DNA from: an uncultured Desulfosarcina sp. | GTDB taxonomy: Bacteria > Desulfobacterota > Desulfobacteria > Desulfobacterales > Desulfosarcinaceae | Direction of reading: 5' to 3' | NCBI GenBank assembly: GCA_963674945.2 | Contig: CAXXWQ010000004.1 | Location: 224,001-288,000, forward strand | Length of the DNA stretch: 64,000 bases | Part shown: one piece after another, positions 18,263 to 27,032 of the stretch | Position numbering within the stretch: position 1 is the first letter of the stretch | How the letters are laid out: each line of letters opens with the position of its first letter | Made by a program: the position numbers and the translations under genes | Notes under the pieces: model-generated | What the model saw: only the letters and a program-made list of their open reading frames with translations | Databases searched by the model: none | What the model was told of the DNA's origin: nothing

Positions 18263-19680
18263 GGTTGGATGATAATGGTCGGATACATCCCCTTCTTGGA
18301 TCCATCGGGATAGGGTTGAAGGGTATTGAAAGAGATGTTCTGGTTCTTCTGGGCGTGGCCTTGGTTCAAATTGCCATTGTAAAAGGCCCCGTTGGCTTCC
18401 AGGATATGGTGGATCCGTTCCTTGAAGGCGGAAACGAAACTCCCCCCGCTTCCCTCGAAGAGCATATTGCCCTTGCAACATCGGGTATTGATTTTGGCAA
18501 ACTCCCCAAGCGACATGCTGTTGGCGGCAAGCTCCTCCGGATTTCTCACCAGGCCCCAGACCAGGGTTCCCATGGGGACCGACAGGGGTTTTCGCACGTC
18601 GATGATGGTATGGGGCATGATTACACACTCTTTTCCGATGGTCAGTCGTGCCGCCGGCCGGCCTCTCAAGAAACTGTTGAATCCAACGAATACATCGTTT
18701 CCCATGTCTGCATCGATGATCTTTGCGCCGTGTGCCGTCACGTTGTTTCCCCGTAGATGGGAATTGATGATATAACAATTCTCCTGGGCGTTGGCGCCTT
18801 TGCCCAGGATCGAGTTTTGCAGGTAGGCGCGTTGGGCCACCAGAACATTCTCCCCGATCTGGGTCTTGGGTTTGATCACGGCGAACCGATCCAGGGAGGC
18901 GCTGTCCGGAACCGCCGGGTGAGGTTCGATGTTGACCACGTCAAATACCCGGCTGAAGGCCTCTTTCCGATCTTCCACAAAATCCATGAACACGCCTTGT
19001 GGGGTGTTTCCGGGAGTAAAGAAAATGTATTGATTCAGTTCATTGGGGGGATATCGGTACATGAAGTTGAAGTCCCCCGGCTTCCTGACCCATATGGTTC
19101 CCGGGTCCACGTTCAGATGGCTGATTTCACCGGCCTGCACGTATGCATAGGTACCAATCACGCAATCCCGCATAGTTGTCAGATCCACGGTCGAAAAGGG
19201 CCCCATGAAGCAGCCGTCGGAAGGCGACCCGTGGATGTTTGCGTAGTGGGTGGAGACGGTATCCCGAATAAAGAAGCGCTCCAGGGTTTCCGGATCATGG
19301 GAAAAGTTATGGACCAGGGTCTTGATCAGAAAACTGTCGTCGATCCGGATCTCTTCGTCCTGGCTCACCGGTATGTCGAATTCCTGGTATTGAAACAGAT
19401 CACCCTTTTTTTTCAGTTCGTCACCCCGTATATCGCTTTTGTAAAGGAGTGAATTGGTGACGCGGCACTGACCCAGAAAATAGCTGCCGGCAAGATTGGA
19501 ATGGCGGAATATGAGATTCAACGGATGGTGGGGGGTGATCCCGTAAAAGGCGTAAAACTTGGTCAGTTGCAGCAAAGGAACCAGATTCTTCACCATGGGA
19601 TTGACATCGAATTCCAGTTCCCTGAGATTGATGTTCACACGCTGGATGATTCGATCGTAGAGTTTTTCGATTTCTTTCAT
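18259..19680 (-). CDS. Left-handed beta-helix protein with two gamma-carbonic-anhydrase-like domains
   Basis: IRGDE, LVH, THYANIHG in the N-half; hexapeptide repeats IGENVLVAQRAYL, NAQENCYI, NVTAHGAKII, VFVGFNSFL in the C-half. Confidence 0.7.
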   Translation of the reverse strand: MKEIEKLYDRIIQRVNINLRELEFDVNPMVKNLVPLLQLTKFYAFYGITPHHPLNLIFRHSNLAGSYFLGQCRVTNSLLYKSDIRGDELKKKGDLFQYQEFDIPVSQDEEIRIDDSFLIKTLVHNFSHDPETLERFFIRDTVSTHYANIHGSPSDGCFMGPFSTVDLTTMRDCVIGTYAYVQAGEISHLNVDPGTIWVRKPGDFNFMYRYPPNELNQYIFFTPGNTPQGVFMDFVEDRKEAFSRVFDVVNIEPHPAVPDSASLDRFAVIKPKTQIGENVLVAQRAYLQNSILGKGANAQENCYIINSHLRGNNVTAHGAKIIDADMGNDVFVGFNSFLRGRPAARLTIGKECVIMPHTIIDVRKPLSVPMGTLVWGLVRNPEELAANSMSLGEFAKINTRCCKGNMLFEGSGGSFVSAFKERIHHILEANGAFYNGNLNQGHAQKNQNISFNTLQPYPDGSKKGMYPTIIIQP

Positions 19681-20255
19681 GTGACCGCCTCGTCGATTCC
19701 TTTGGATTCAGATTCTTTCACCGTGTGCGAAACGGCGGAAAACACATCGGACAATCGCAGAACACCGACAATATCCTTTCCCCGGGTGACCAGAAGCGAC
19801 AGATGGGAACCTGTTGTCAATTGATGAAGGGCCATTTCCAAGGAGGCGTTTTCATCCACATATTCGCCTTCTTCCGTTCTTTGCATGTAGTCCGCCACAC
19901 GCATCTCGTCCACGCGCGCATAGTTGTCCTCGACCGGAGGAGCGCCATTCAAATAGGACTCTTGTTGCAATGCGACGGCCCTGCCGGTGAACCCGAATTG
20001 CTTTAATTTTCGGATTTGTTTCAGATTTTGATCTTTGGGTTGCATCGCCTGCAAAAAATCCATCTGGCTGAGTTTACCGATCACCCGGTTTTCCTTGTTC
20101 AACACGAGAACGGCACGATGGGAATAGCGGCTATGCTGGTAAGCCTCCTGGGCATTTTCCAGGGCCATCAATGCCTGGTTCAAGTTTGCATCTTCCGGAA
20201 CGGAGGCGTATTCGGATATCGGCACCATTAAGTCCTTCACGATGTATTTTTTCAC
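19677..20255 (-). CDS. CBS domain-pair protein
   Basis: VKDLMVP, HRAVLVLN..IGKLS..D, LLVT...IVGVLRLSD; GTG start after GGAGG. Confidence 0.88.
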   Translation of the reverse strand: MKKYIVKDLMVPISEYASVPEDANLNQALMALENAQEAYQHSRYSHRAVLVLNKENRVIGKLSQMDFLQAMQPKDQNLKQIRKLKQFGFTGRAVALQQESYLNGAPPVEDNYARVDEMRVADYMQRTEEGEYVDENASLEMALHQLTTGSHLSLLVTRGKDIVGVLRLSDVFSAVSHTVKESESKGIDEAVT

Positions 20256-20436
20256 GGTGTTCCTCCGTTTCGATCCGAAAATGGATTATCGTGTTTCGTT
20301 GCAGTTTTTTCTGAAACGAAGCCGGAATGGCATCGTTTCAACTCGACGCTTCTTGCGTTTCACGGCAGTTACACCGCCTTGCCCCCACGTACGGAGACAA
20401 GACGGTGAGAATTGTGTGATCCGGCTGCCGACACCA

Positions 20437-21924
20437 TCATCCGCCAGCGACAATGGGCATGCCCATAATGGGCCATAGAACCTTGACGGCAAAGGCGGTG
20501 ACGATCATCAAGATGATACTGGCGGGAATTCCCCAAAGGAAAAATTCGCCTGTGGTGAACTGCTTGGAATCATAGGCGATGGCATTGGGAGCGGCCCCCA
20601 CCAGCAGGAGGAAGGGCATACCGGCCGTGACGAGGGACGCGAACAAGATCACCTCACCGGCGACATTCAGGTATGGCGCGACAACCAGCGCCACGGGCAG
20701 GGAGATGGCGATGGCCGCCACGTTCATGATGAAGTTGGTCATGATCATGACGAAGAAGGCGATGCTCATGATGAAGACAAACCCGGTGGACTCTTTGAAC
20801 ATGGTCAGCCAGTTCACGGCCATCCATTCGGCCGCCCCGGTCTGCCACAGGCAGAATCCGATACTCATGGCGCCGGCGAAGAGCAGGATAATGTTCCAGG
20901 GAACCTCTTCCAGATCGTTGATGTCCAGAAGGCCGGTGGCAAAGAAAAGAATGGTGGAAGTCAACAAGACGGCTGTCTTATGTGGTGCTACGAATCCGGG
21001 AATTGCGGATTTCATGACGGCTGAAACCCCCAGAACCAGGATGGCGGCGGTCACGATCACCGCGGCGATGATCTCTTTTTTCGAAATGCGGCCCATCTCC
21101 TGGCTCAGCCGTTTGGCCTTTTCCCGAAGCCCGGGAATGGTTTTCTTCTCCGGCTTCAACACCACCATGAAGAAACCCCACAACAAGAAGGTCATCAGCC
21201 AGCCGATGGGCGCCATGTAGTAAGAGAGCTCGAAAAAGCCCACGTTTTTGCCGGCGACTTCGTTATAGAAGCCAAGGGCCACGGCACCACGGGCGGCACC
21301 CAGCAGGGTGACGATGGAACCGGCGCCGGCGATGTAGGCCATGCCGATGAACAGGCCCTTTCCGAACTTGGTCGGTTTGTCGCCCTCGCCATACATGGCG
21401 TAGATGGCCACCAGCAACGGATAAATCGTAGCCGCCACGGCCGTATGGGCCATGATGTGGGTCAACGCGGCGGTGAGGACGAAACAGCCCAGGTAGATCA
21501 TGCTGGTCTTTTCACCAACGATCCCCAGCATCTTGTAGGCGATCCGCCGGGTCAGGCCTGTCTTGGTGAACACCAGTCCCACCACGATGGAGCCGAAGAT
21601 GAAAAGGACGCTGGGGTCCATGAAATCCTTGAAGGCATCCTTGGCCGGGCGGATGAAGAAAAGCACCTGCAGCACGCCGATGGTCAAACTGGTGATGCCG
21701 ATGGGAACCACTTCGAAGACCCACCAGGTGGCCGCCAGCAAAAACACCGCCAATGCGCCTTTTCCTTCCGGGCTCAAGACGAAAGCCTTTCCCAATGGAT
21801 CGATGGCATCGGGCCATGGGGGGGAATAGTAAATGAGGACAAACAAAAAGATACCGATGGCCATGAACATATATTTCTTCCAGCCAATCCCACCTGCTGG
21901 AATCGCTACTGTATCGCTACTCAT
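20437..21924 (-). CDS. DASS/SLC13 family anion transporter (sulfate or dicarboxylate)
   Basis: WWVFEVVPIGITSL, PWNIILLFAG, MTNFIMNVA, APNAIAY; polytopic 495 aa; AGGAG RBS. Confidence 0.9.
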   Translation of the reverse strand: MSSDTVAIPAGGIGWKKYMFMAIGIFLFVLIYYSPPWPDAIDPLGKAFVLSPEGKGALAVFLLAATWWVFEVVPIGITSLTIGVLQVLFFIRPAKDAFKDFMDPSVLFIFGSIVVGLVFTKTGLTRRIAYKMLGIVGEKTSMIYLGCFVLTAALTHIMAHTAVAATIYPLLVAIYAMYGEGDKPTKFGKGLFIGMAYIAGAGSIVTLLGAARGAVALGFYNEVAGKNVGFFELSYYMAPIGWLMTFLLWGFFMVVLKPEKKTIPGLREKAKRLSQEMGRISKKEIIAAVIVTAAILVLGVSAVMKSAIPGFVAPHKTAVLLTSTILFFATGLLDINDLEEVPWNIILLFAGAMSIGFCLWQTGAAEWMAVNWLTMFKESTGFVFIMSIAFFVMIMTNFIMNVAAIAISLPVALVVAPYLNVAGEVILFASLVTAGMPFLLLVGAAPNAIAYDSKQFTTGEFFLWGIPASIILMIVTAFAVKVLWPIMGMPIVAGG

Positions 21925-21979
21925 CTATACACTCCTAACTTGTATATGAAGGGGTTGCAGATCGCTGGATAAGCTCCGG

Positions 21980-22534
21980 TTACGAATCGCAGGCCAGAAT
22001 TGACTCACTGACCCACACAAAGACATCGGTGATCCGAAGAACGCCGATGACACTTTTTGCCTGGGTCACCAACAAAGACTGGTGATGTCCCAGCACGAGC
22101 TGGTGGATGGCTTGTCCCAAGCTGGCATCGGGCTCTATCATCTCGCTTTCTTTTGGGGTCACCATGAAGGAATTGACCTTGATTCTGGCTGCCTTTTCAC
22201 AGATCTTATCCATGGGATCCTGCCACAGCTTCAGGGACTCGAACATGGTCTTCTGGTATTTTCGGGTGAACCCCAGGTGCATGGGGCCCCTATCGGAAAG
22301 CATCTCATCGTACTTGGGTTCCAGGGCTTTCAAGATGGCCTGGAAATTCACTTTTCCCACCACCTGCCCCTCTTTATTGAGGATCAGAATCGATCGATGC
22401 CGATATTTGGTCTGGTCAAATCCCTCCTGGGACGCTTTCAGCGCCAGGACGGCCTCGCATAATGTGGCTTCTTCCGACACCGTCGCATATTCCGACAACG
22501 GTACCATCAGGTCCTTTACCATTTTCGTTTTCAA
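21980..22534 (-). CDS. CBS domain-pair protein, paralogue of 19677..20255
   Basis: VKDLMVPLSEYATV, HRSILILN, LLVT...IGVLRITD; TTG start after AAGGAGG. Confidence 0.88.
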   Translation of the reverse strand: MKTKMVKDLMVPLSEYATVSEEATLCEAVLALKASQEGFDQTKYRHRSILILNKEGQVVGKVNFQAILKALEPKYDEMLSDRGPMHLGFTRKYQKTMFESLKLWQDPMDKICEKAARIKVNSFMVTPKESEMIEPDASLGQAIHQLVLGHHQSLLVTQAKSVIGVLRITDVFVWVSESILACDS

Positions 22535-22962
22535 TGTTCGCCTCCTTATCCGTTTATTTCCAGGGCACAACAGCCCTTATCGCCTTTTTGCATCGGGTAC
22601 AAATTGAAGTGAAACACGCCGGCGGTTCTCTATCACAAGGGATGGAGAAGATCAAGATAATGGTTGCCCCAAGCCTCTCCATAAGAAGGCAACGCTTCCT
22701 TTTTTCGGTCTGCAAGCAGTATGTTGAACCCGACAAACGCCACACGATATTCCATCCAAAACCGACATTACCCGGGTCGGGTTTACATCGGTAACGGCAG
22801 AAGGGAAAGGAATGTTATGGGAAATGGCGGGTGACGGCAATAGACCGCCAGAAAACAAGGATGCAATGATTTGGAAGATCAATCGGTTGGCTGGCTCCAT
22901 GGGAAAAAGGAAGGAGAAGAAACCAGTCGTCCGTCGGAGCGGTGAGAAGATTAAAGCAATGG

Positions 22963-23751
22963 TTAGTCCACATTCAAAACGGTGCCGTGTGTGATGTGTG
23001 CATAAGCGCTGTGGTTGTGGATGGATTCGAAATTTTCAGCACTTACGGAAAACCAGGTGATGTTGGCGTCGGCCATGAGACGTTCGCTGATATCCCTCAC
23101 CACGTCCTCGACAAACTTCGGGTTGGCATATCCCCTTTCCGTGACACGCTTTTCATCGACACGCTTAAGCACCGAAAAAACGTCACAGGATGCACAGGAC
23201 TCGACCAGTTCGATCATGTCTTCCAGCCAAATAAACTTTTTGAATCGGGTTTGGAGCCGGACGATTCCGCGCTGGTTATGGGCACCCTCGTCGGAAATCT
23301 CCTTTGAGCAGGGACAAACCGAGGTAATGGGAACATTGACCTCGCTGATCAGGTCGATCTCGTTATTGGAATTGCTGGAACCGGTAATGCGGCAGTTGTA
23401 GTCCATCAATCCCGGGGCCTGGCTGACCGGTGCCTGCTTTTCGATGAAATAGGGAAAATTCACCTCTATGTGGGCCGAGGCGGCGTCCAGTGTTTTTTTC
23501 ATCGCCTCCAACAGAACGGAAAATTGTTTAAGGGAAATTTCCGGCTTAAGCAAATGAAGCATCTCCACGAAACGGCTCATATGCGTTCCCTTGTATTCTT
23601 TGGGGAGGTCCACATACATGTTGATGGAGGCGATGGTGTTTTGGAATCCGTCGCGGCGGTCTTTCACACGGATCGGGTAGCGAAGGTTTTTGATCCCTAC
23701 CTTGTCGATGGGAATGTTCCGATGATCCGGTTCCCTTTGGACATCTTTCAT
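22963..23751 (-). CDS. folE2: GTP cyclohydrolase IB
   Basis: MKDVQ, IDKVGIK, KGTHMSRF, CPCSKEIS, GAHNQR, LKRVDEK, FVED, ESIHNHSA. Confidence 0.95.
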   Translation of the reverse strand: MKDVQREPDHRNIPIDKVGIKNLRYPIRVKDRRDGFQNTIASINMYVDLPKEYKGTHMSRFVEMLHLLKPEISLKQFSVLLEAMKKTLDAASAHIEVNFPYFIEKQAPVSQAPGLMDYNCRITGSSNSNNEIDLISEVNVPITSVCPCSKEISDEGAHNQRGIVRLQTRFKKFIWLEDMIELVESCASCDVFSVLKRVDEKRVTERGYANPKFVEDVVRDISERLMADANITWFSVSAENFESIHNHSAYAHITHGTVLNVD

Positions 23752-23838
23752 GTTCTTCCTACACGATGTATAAATTTTGAACCCCACTTGCTGTTTCCTT
23801 TACATCGGAACATGGGTTCAGGTCATTTCAATTACAAT

Positions 23839-24570
23839 TCATTTCAGCAGGTATTCCATCTTCACATGACTCATGGCCCGGTAAATATTTCCCTTGATCT
23901 TCCGATTGGTCCGATAGAGTCCGGTCAACATGGTCCTGATCTCGGACCGCTTGGTACGTCCGGCGGACGGGCACGGGTTGACGTATCTCGGAAACGGTAA
24001 GAAACGAAAAAAACGGCGAATCGTATCTTCATCCACCATGGCCATGGGGCGAATCACGACGAAGCGCCCACCAAAAAATTCCTGGAGAGGGACCATCGTG
24101 CTGATCTCTCCGGCATAGCAGATGTTTAGAAAAAAGGTTTCGATAATGTCGTCTTTGTTATGCCCCAAAGCCAATTTTTCGCATCCCAGCGCATCGGCGA
24201 GTTGAAAAAGGCGTTTCCGTCGCAATCTCGCACACAGGAAACATGGATTTTCCCGATTTTTTTCACTGTGGGCAATAATCCCGTGGTCGGTTCGGTCGAC
24301 GGTGAGATCAAACCCCAATTTTCGGCAATCTTCGGCCAGGTCATCGACGAATCCACCGGGAAAACCGGGGTCGATGTATATGGGAAAGAGCTGATAATCC
24401 ACCGGTATCCGCTTGCGCCGCTCGGCCAGTGCCCACAAAAGGGTCAGACTGTCCTTTCCACCGGATACGCCCACCGCGATACGGTCTCCGTTGCCGATCA
24501 TGTCATAGCGATGGATGGCCTTGCCAACAAGACTATTGATGGCTTTGTATGTATAGTTGTGCCGGGGCAA
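23839..24570 (-). CDS. ttcA: tRNA 2-thiocytidine biosynthesis TtcA family protein
   Basis: SGGKDS PP-loop, CFLCARLRR, LGHNKDD, IRPM, NPCP. Confidence 0.85.
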   Translation of the reverse strand: MPRHNYTYKAINSLVGKAIHRYDMIGNGDRIAVGVSGGKDSLTLLWALAERRKRIPVDYQLFPIYIDPGFPGGFVDDLAEDCRKLGFDLTVDRTDHGIIAHSEKNRENPCFLCARLRRKRLFQLADALGCEKLALGHNKDDIIETFFLNICYAGEISTMVPLQEFFGGRFVVIRPMAMVDEDTIRRFFRFLPFPRYVNPCPSAGRTKRSEIRTMLTGLYRTNRKIKGNIYRAMSHVKMEYLLK

Positions 24571-24593
24571 GGCAGACTTTACCGCTATCGATT

Positions 24594-24800
24594 CTATTCA
24601 TCTGAATCGTTTGCGCCTTTGGCCACCACTTTTCCGGCGGCAATTTCACGAAGGGCGACGACGATATCCTCGTTTTTCGGACTGCTGACCAAATATTCCG
24701 ACCCCTCGCGGATTTGTCGGACCCGTGCAGCGGCCATATGAACCAGTTTAAAACGGTTCGGTACTTTTTCCAGGCAATCTTCGATGGTAATCCGTGCCAT
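24594..24800 (-). CDS. rpoZ: RNA polymerase omega subunit
   Basis: MARITIEDCLEKVPNRFKLVHMAAARVRQI...ALREIAAG; AGGAG RBS. Confidence 0.95.
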   Translation of the reverse strand: MARITIEDCLEKVPNRFKLVHMAAARVRQIREGSEYLVSSPKNEDIVVALREIAAGKVVAKGANDSDE

Positions 24801-24876
24801 GCCCAGTCTCCTTTGTTTATCAGTTTTGTATATCCTGCAAATCTGATCGGTGGATCTATCTTCTTGAATTGCTTCG

Positions 24877-25344
24877 TTACAAGATCTCGACCAGTTCATA
24901 AACGCGTTTTCCCCCCGGTGCGTTGAGCACAATCTCTTCCCCCGGTTTTTTCCCGATGATTGCCTTTCCCAGAGGCGAAGTCACGGAAATCCGTCCTTTC
25001 TCGATATCGGATTCCTCTGGCCCTACCAATTGATAGGCCACATCCTCACCGGTATCCACGTTTTCAAGCACTACTGTAGCGGCAAATACCGCCCTATCTT
25101 TGGGAAGGCTATCCACTTCGATGATTTCCGCATTGCCCAATTTATATCCCAGTTCACTGACCCTTCCTTCGACAAAGGCCTGACGCTCCTTGGCTGCATC
25201 ATATTCTGCGTTTTCACTCAAATCGCCATGGGACCTCGCCTCTTCAATGGCCCGAATCACACGGGGCCGCTCGATGGTTTTCAGGTGTTCCAGCTCTTTT
25301 TTTAGCGTCTGGTACCCTTCTCTGGTCATGGGTATTCTTTCCAA
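24877..25344 (-). CDS. greA: Transcription elongation factor GreA
   Basis: HGDLSENAEYDAAK, ISVTSPLGKAIIGK; TTG start after AGGAG. Confidence 0.96.
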   Translation of the reverse strand: MERIPMTREGYQTLKKELEHLKTIERPRVIRAIEEARSHGDLSENAEYDAAKERQAFVEGRVSELGYKLGNAEIIEVDSLPKDRAVFAATVVLENVDTGEDVAYQLVGPEESDIEKGRISVTSPLGKAIIGKKPGEEIVLNAPGGKRVYELVEIL

Positions 25345-25395
25345 TGGAAACTCCTAAACGATTTTGTAGTTTCTATTTCTTCGGTCCGGCAATAG

Positions 25396-25430
25396 AAAAA
25401 CAGATCCCCACGGCTTTTCGCCTCTGGGGA
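25396..25430 (-). terminator. Terminator-like hairpin in the greA leader / psd 3' region
   Basis: Minus strand CCCAGAGGC-GAAAA-GCCGTGGG followed by ATCTGTTTTT. Confidence 0.5.
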
Positions 25431-25475
25431 ATGGGTTTGTTTCAGATTCAAACGATAATCGTGAGATATATTTGT

Positions 25476-26144
25476 CTACAACCTTCCGATTATGCTGGCC
25501 CCGGCATGGACTGTTTCACCGACACGGACCCGGATATCGGTCTCGGTGGGCAAATAGATGTCCAATCGGGATCCGAAGCAGATCATACCGAAACGCTCTC
25601 CCCGTGTAAGGACATCGCCTGGTTGCACGCGGCAAATGATCCGCCTGGCAACAAGCCCTGCGATCTGGACGAATCCCACCGATTTTCCATCGTCCGTTTC
25701 CAAAAGCAAGGCGTTGTGTTCATTGTCCGTCGACGCCTTGTCCAGATTCGCGGAAAAGAACTTTCCCGGGTAATAATCCACCCGCCGGAGCGTGCCCTCG
25801 TGGGGGACACGGTTGACGTGCACATTGAAAACGGACATGAACACACTGACCCGTCTGCATGGCCCCGGAAAATAGGACGTCTGTTCAACTTGCTCCACCT
25901 TGATCACCTTTCCGTCGGCAGGTGATACGACGATGCCATCACCTTTTGGGACCAACCGATCCGGATCCCGGAAAAAGTAACAGATGAAACCCGTCACCAT
26001 GAGTCCCAAAATCGCCAACGCGGTAATCTCGAGCAAGGCAAATATCGCCGTGGTAAAAGCGGATGCAAAAATTAACGGATATCCGGCTCTTGCCACTGGA
26101 AATGCCGTCTGACTCGGAGGATCGGACCAGTTCAATTGCGCCAT
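25476..26144 (-). CDS. psd: Phosphatidylserine decarboxylase proenzyme
   Basis: FFRDP, SPADGKV, FMSVFNVHVNRVP, QIAGLVARRI, FGSR cleavage motif. Confidence 0.95.
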   Translation of the reverse strand: MAQLNWSDPPSQTAFPVARAGYPLIFASAFTTAIFALLEITALAILGLMVTGFICYFFRDPDRLVPKGDGIVVSPADGKVIKVEQVEQTSYFPGPCRRVSVFMSVFNVHVNRVPHEGTLRRVDYYPGKFFSANLDKASTDNEHNALLLETDDGKSVGFVQIAGLVARRIICRVQPGDVLTRGERFGMICFGSRLDIYLPTETDIRVRVGETVHAGASIIGRL

Positions 26145-26345
26145 GTCTATTTCTCCGCAGCCGCAAGGTGGAAGCGGTGATCATGCCTTTCAAAAATAAA
26201 ATCGAGTCTTGCAGTACTTCTATTTGGTCTTACGTTCTCTCATCCGCTTTGAGAATATTTTCTTCCCCAAAAACATCCGGCCCAAGGCATTTTACTGCCC
26301 TTTTAGCGGGTTACCTATAACCAATGCGAAGGGTCATGTCAACAT

Positions 26346-27032
26346 CTACCCGACATGGTGAATCTGGGCATCGGATTTTCGGATGTATTGGGGCGTGAGT
26401 GCATACACGGGATCGAACGATTTTCGACGAAACCGTGACATGGACAAAAGCCCCACCGATGCCGCTCGAATCACATGCTGCATGGGCTCACCGAACTCGA
26501 CAGATGGACACTTTTTCAAAAACAGCGCCCGATACAAAATTGCACCCGATCCGATCAGAAGGGCGTCTTCGGGCAGCATTTCAGCTACTTCTTCCGGGGC
26601 AGCCACCTTCGGATCACTGTCCAAGGATGGGTCGATCGCAAGCCCCTTGACATCGAAACGGTCATGATAAACCTCACCGCGCCTTGCATCGATCATGGTC
26701 ACGACGTTGCGATTCGTGTTTCGCATGGGATAGGCCAGGGCGGCGAGACTGCTCACCCCCACCACGGGAATCCCTGCGGCAATGGCGAGCCCTTTTACCG
26801 TACTGAGCCCGATTCGAAGCCCGGTAAAGGTTCCCGGCCCTTTCGTAACGGCAATTCCGTCGATATCACCGGGGGCCGCATCGCACCTTTTAAAAACACA
26901 ATCGATCATGGACATGAGATGACGAGAGTGGGTCTTTCCCGCGCCATAGGTCATTTCACAAAGAAGGCGGGTTTCGTCGAGCAATGCAACGCTGCAGCTT
27001 ACGGTGGACGTATCCACGGCAAGGAGCTTCAT
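26346..27032 (-). CDS. tsaB: tRNA threonylcarbamoyladenosine biosynthesis protein TsaB
   Basis: LAVDTS, HS..LM, GPGTFTGLRIG, IDARRGEVY, PQYIR. Confidence 0.95.
   Translation of the reverse strand: MKLLAVDTSTVSCSVALLDETRLLCEMTYGAGKTHSRHLMSMIDCVFKRCDAAPGDIDGIAVTKGPGTFTGLRIGLSTVKGLAIAAGIPVVGVSSLAALAYPMRNTNRNVVTMIDARRGEVYHDRFDVKGLAIDPSLDSDPKVAAPEEVAEMLPEDALLIGSGAILYRALFLKKCPSVEFGEPMQHVIRAASVGLLSMSRFRRKSFDPVYALTPQYIRKSDAQIHHVG

Noticed and set aside
20286..20363. Tiny basic ORF (MKRKKRRVETMPFRLRFRKNCNETR) between DASS and CBS2
   Set aside because: Weak RBS, no recognisable family, could arise by chance.
22837..22850. Sigma54-like TGGCGGTCTATTGC upstream of the CBS-DASS operon
   Set aside because: GG-to-GC spacing is 9 nt rather than the required 10.
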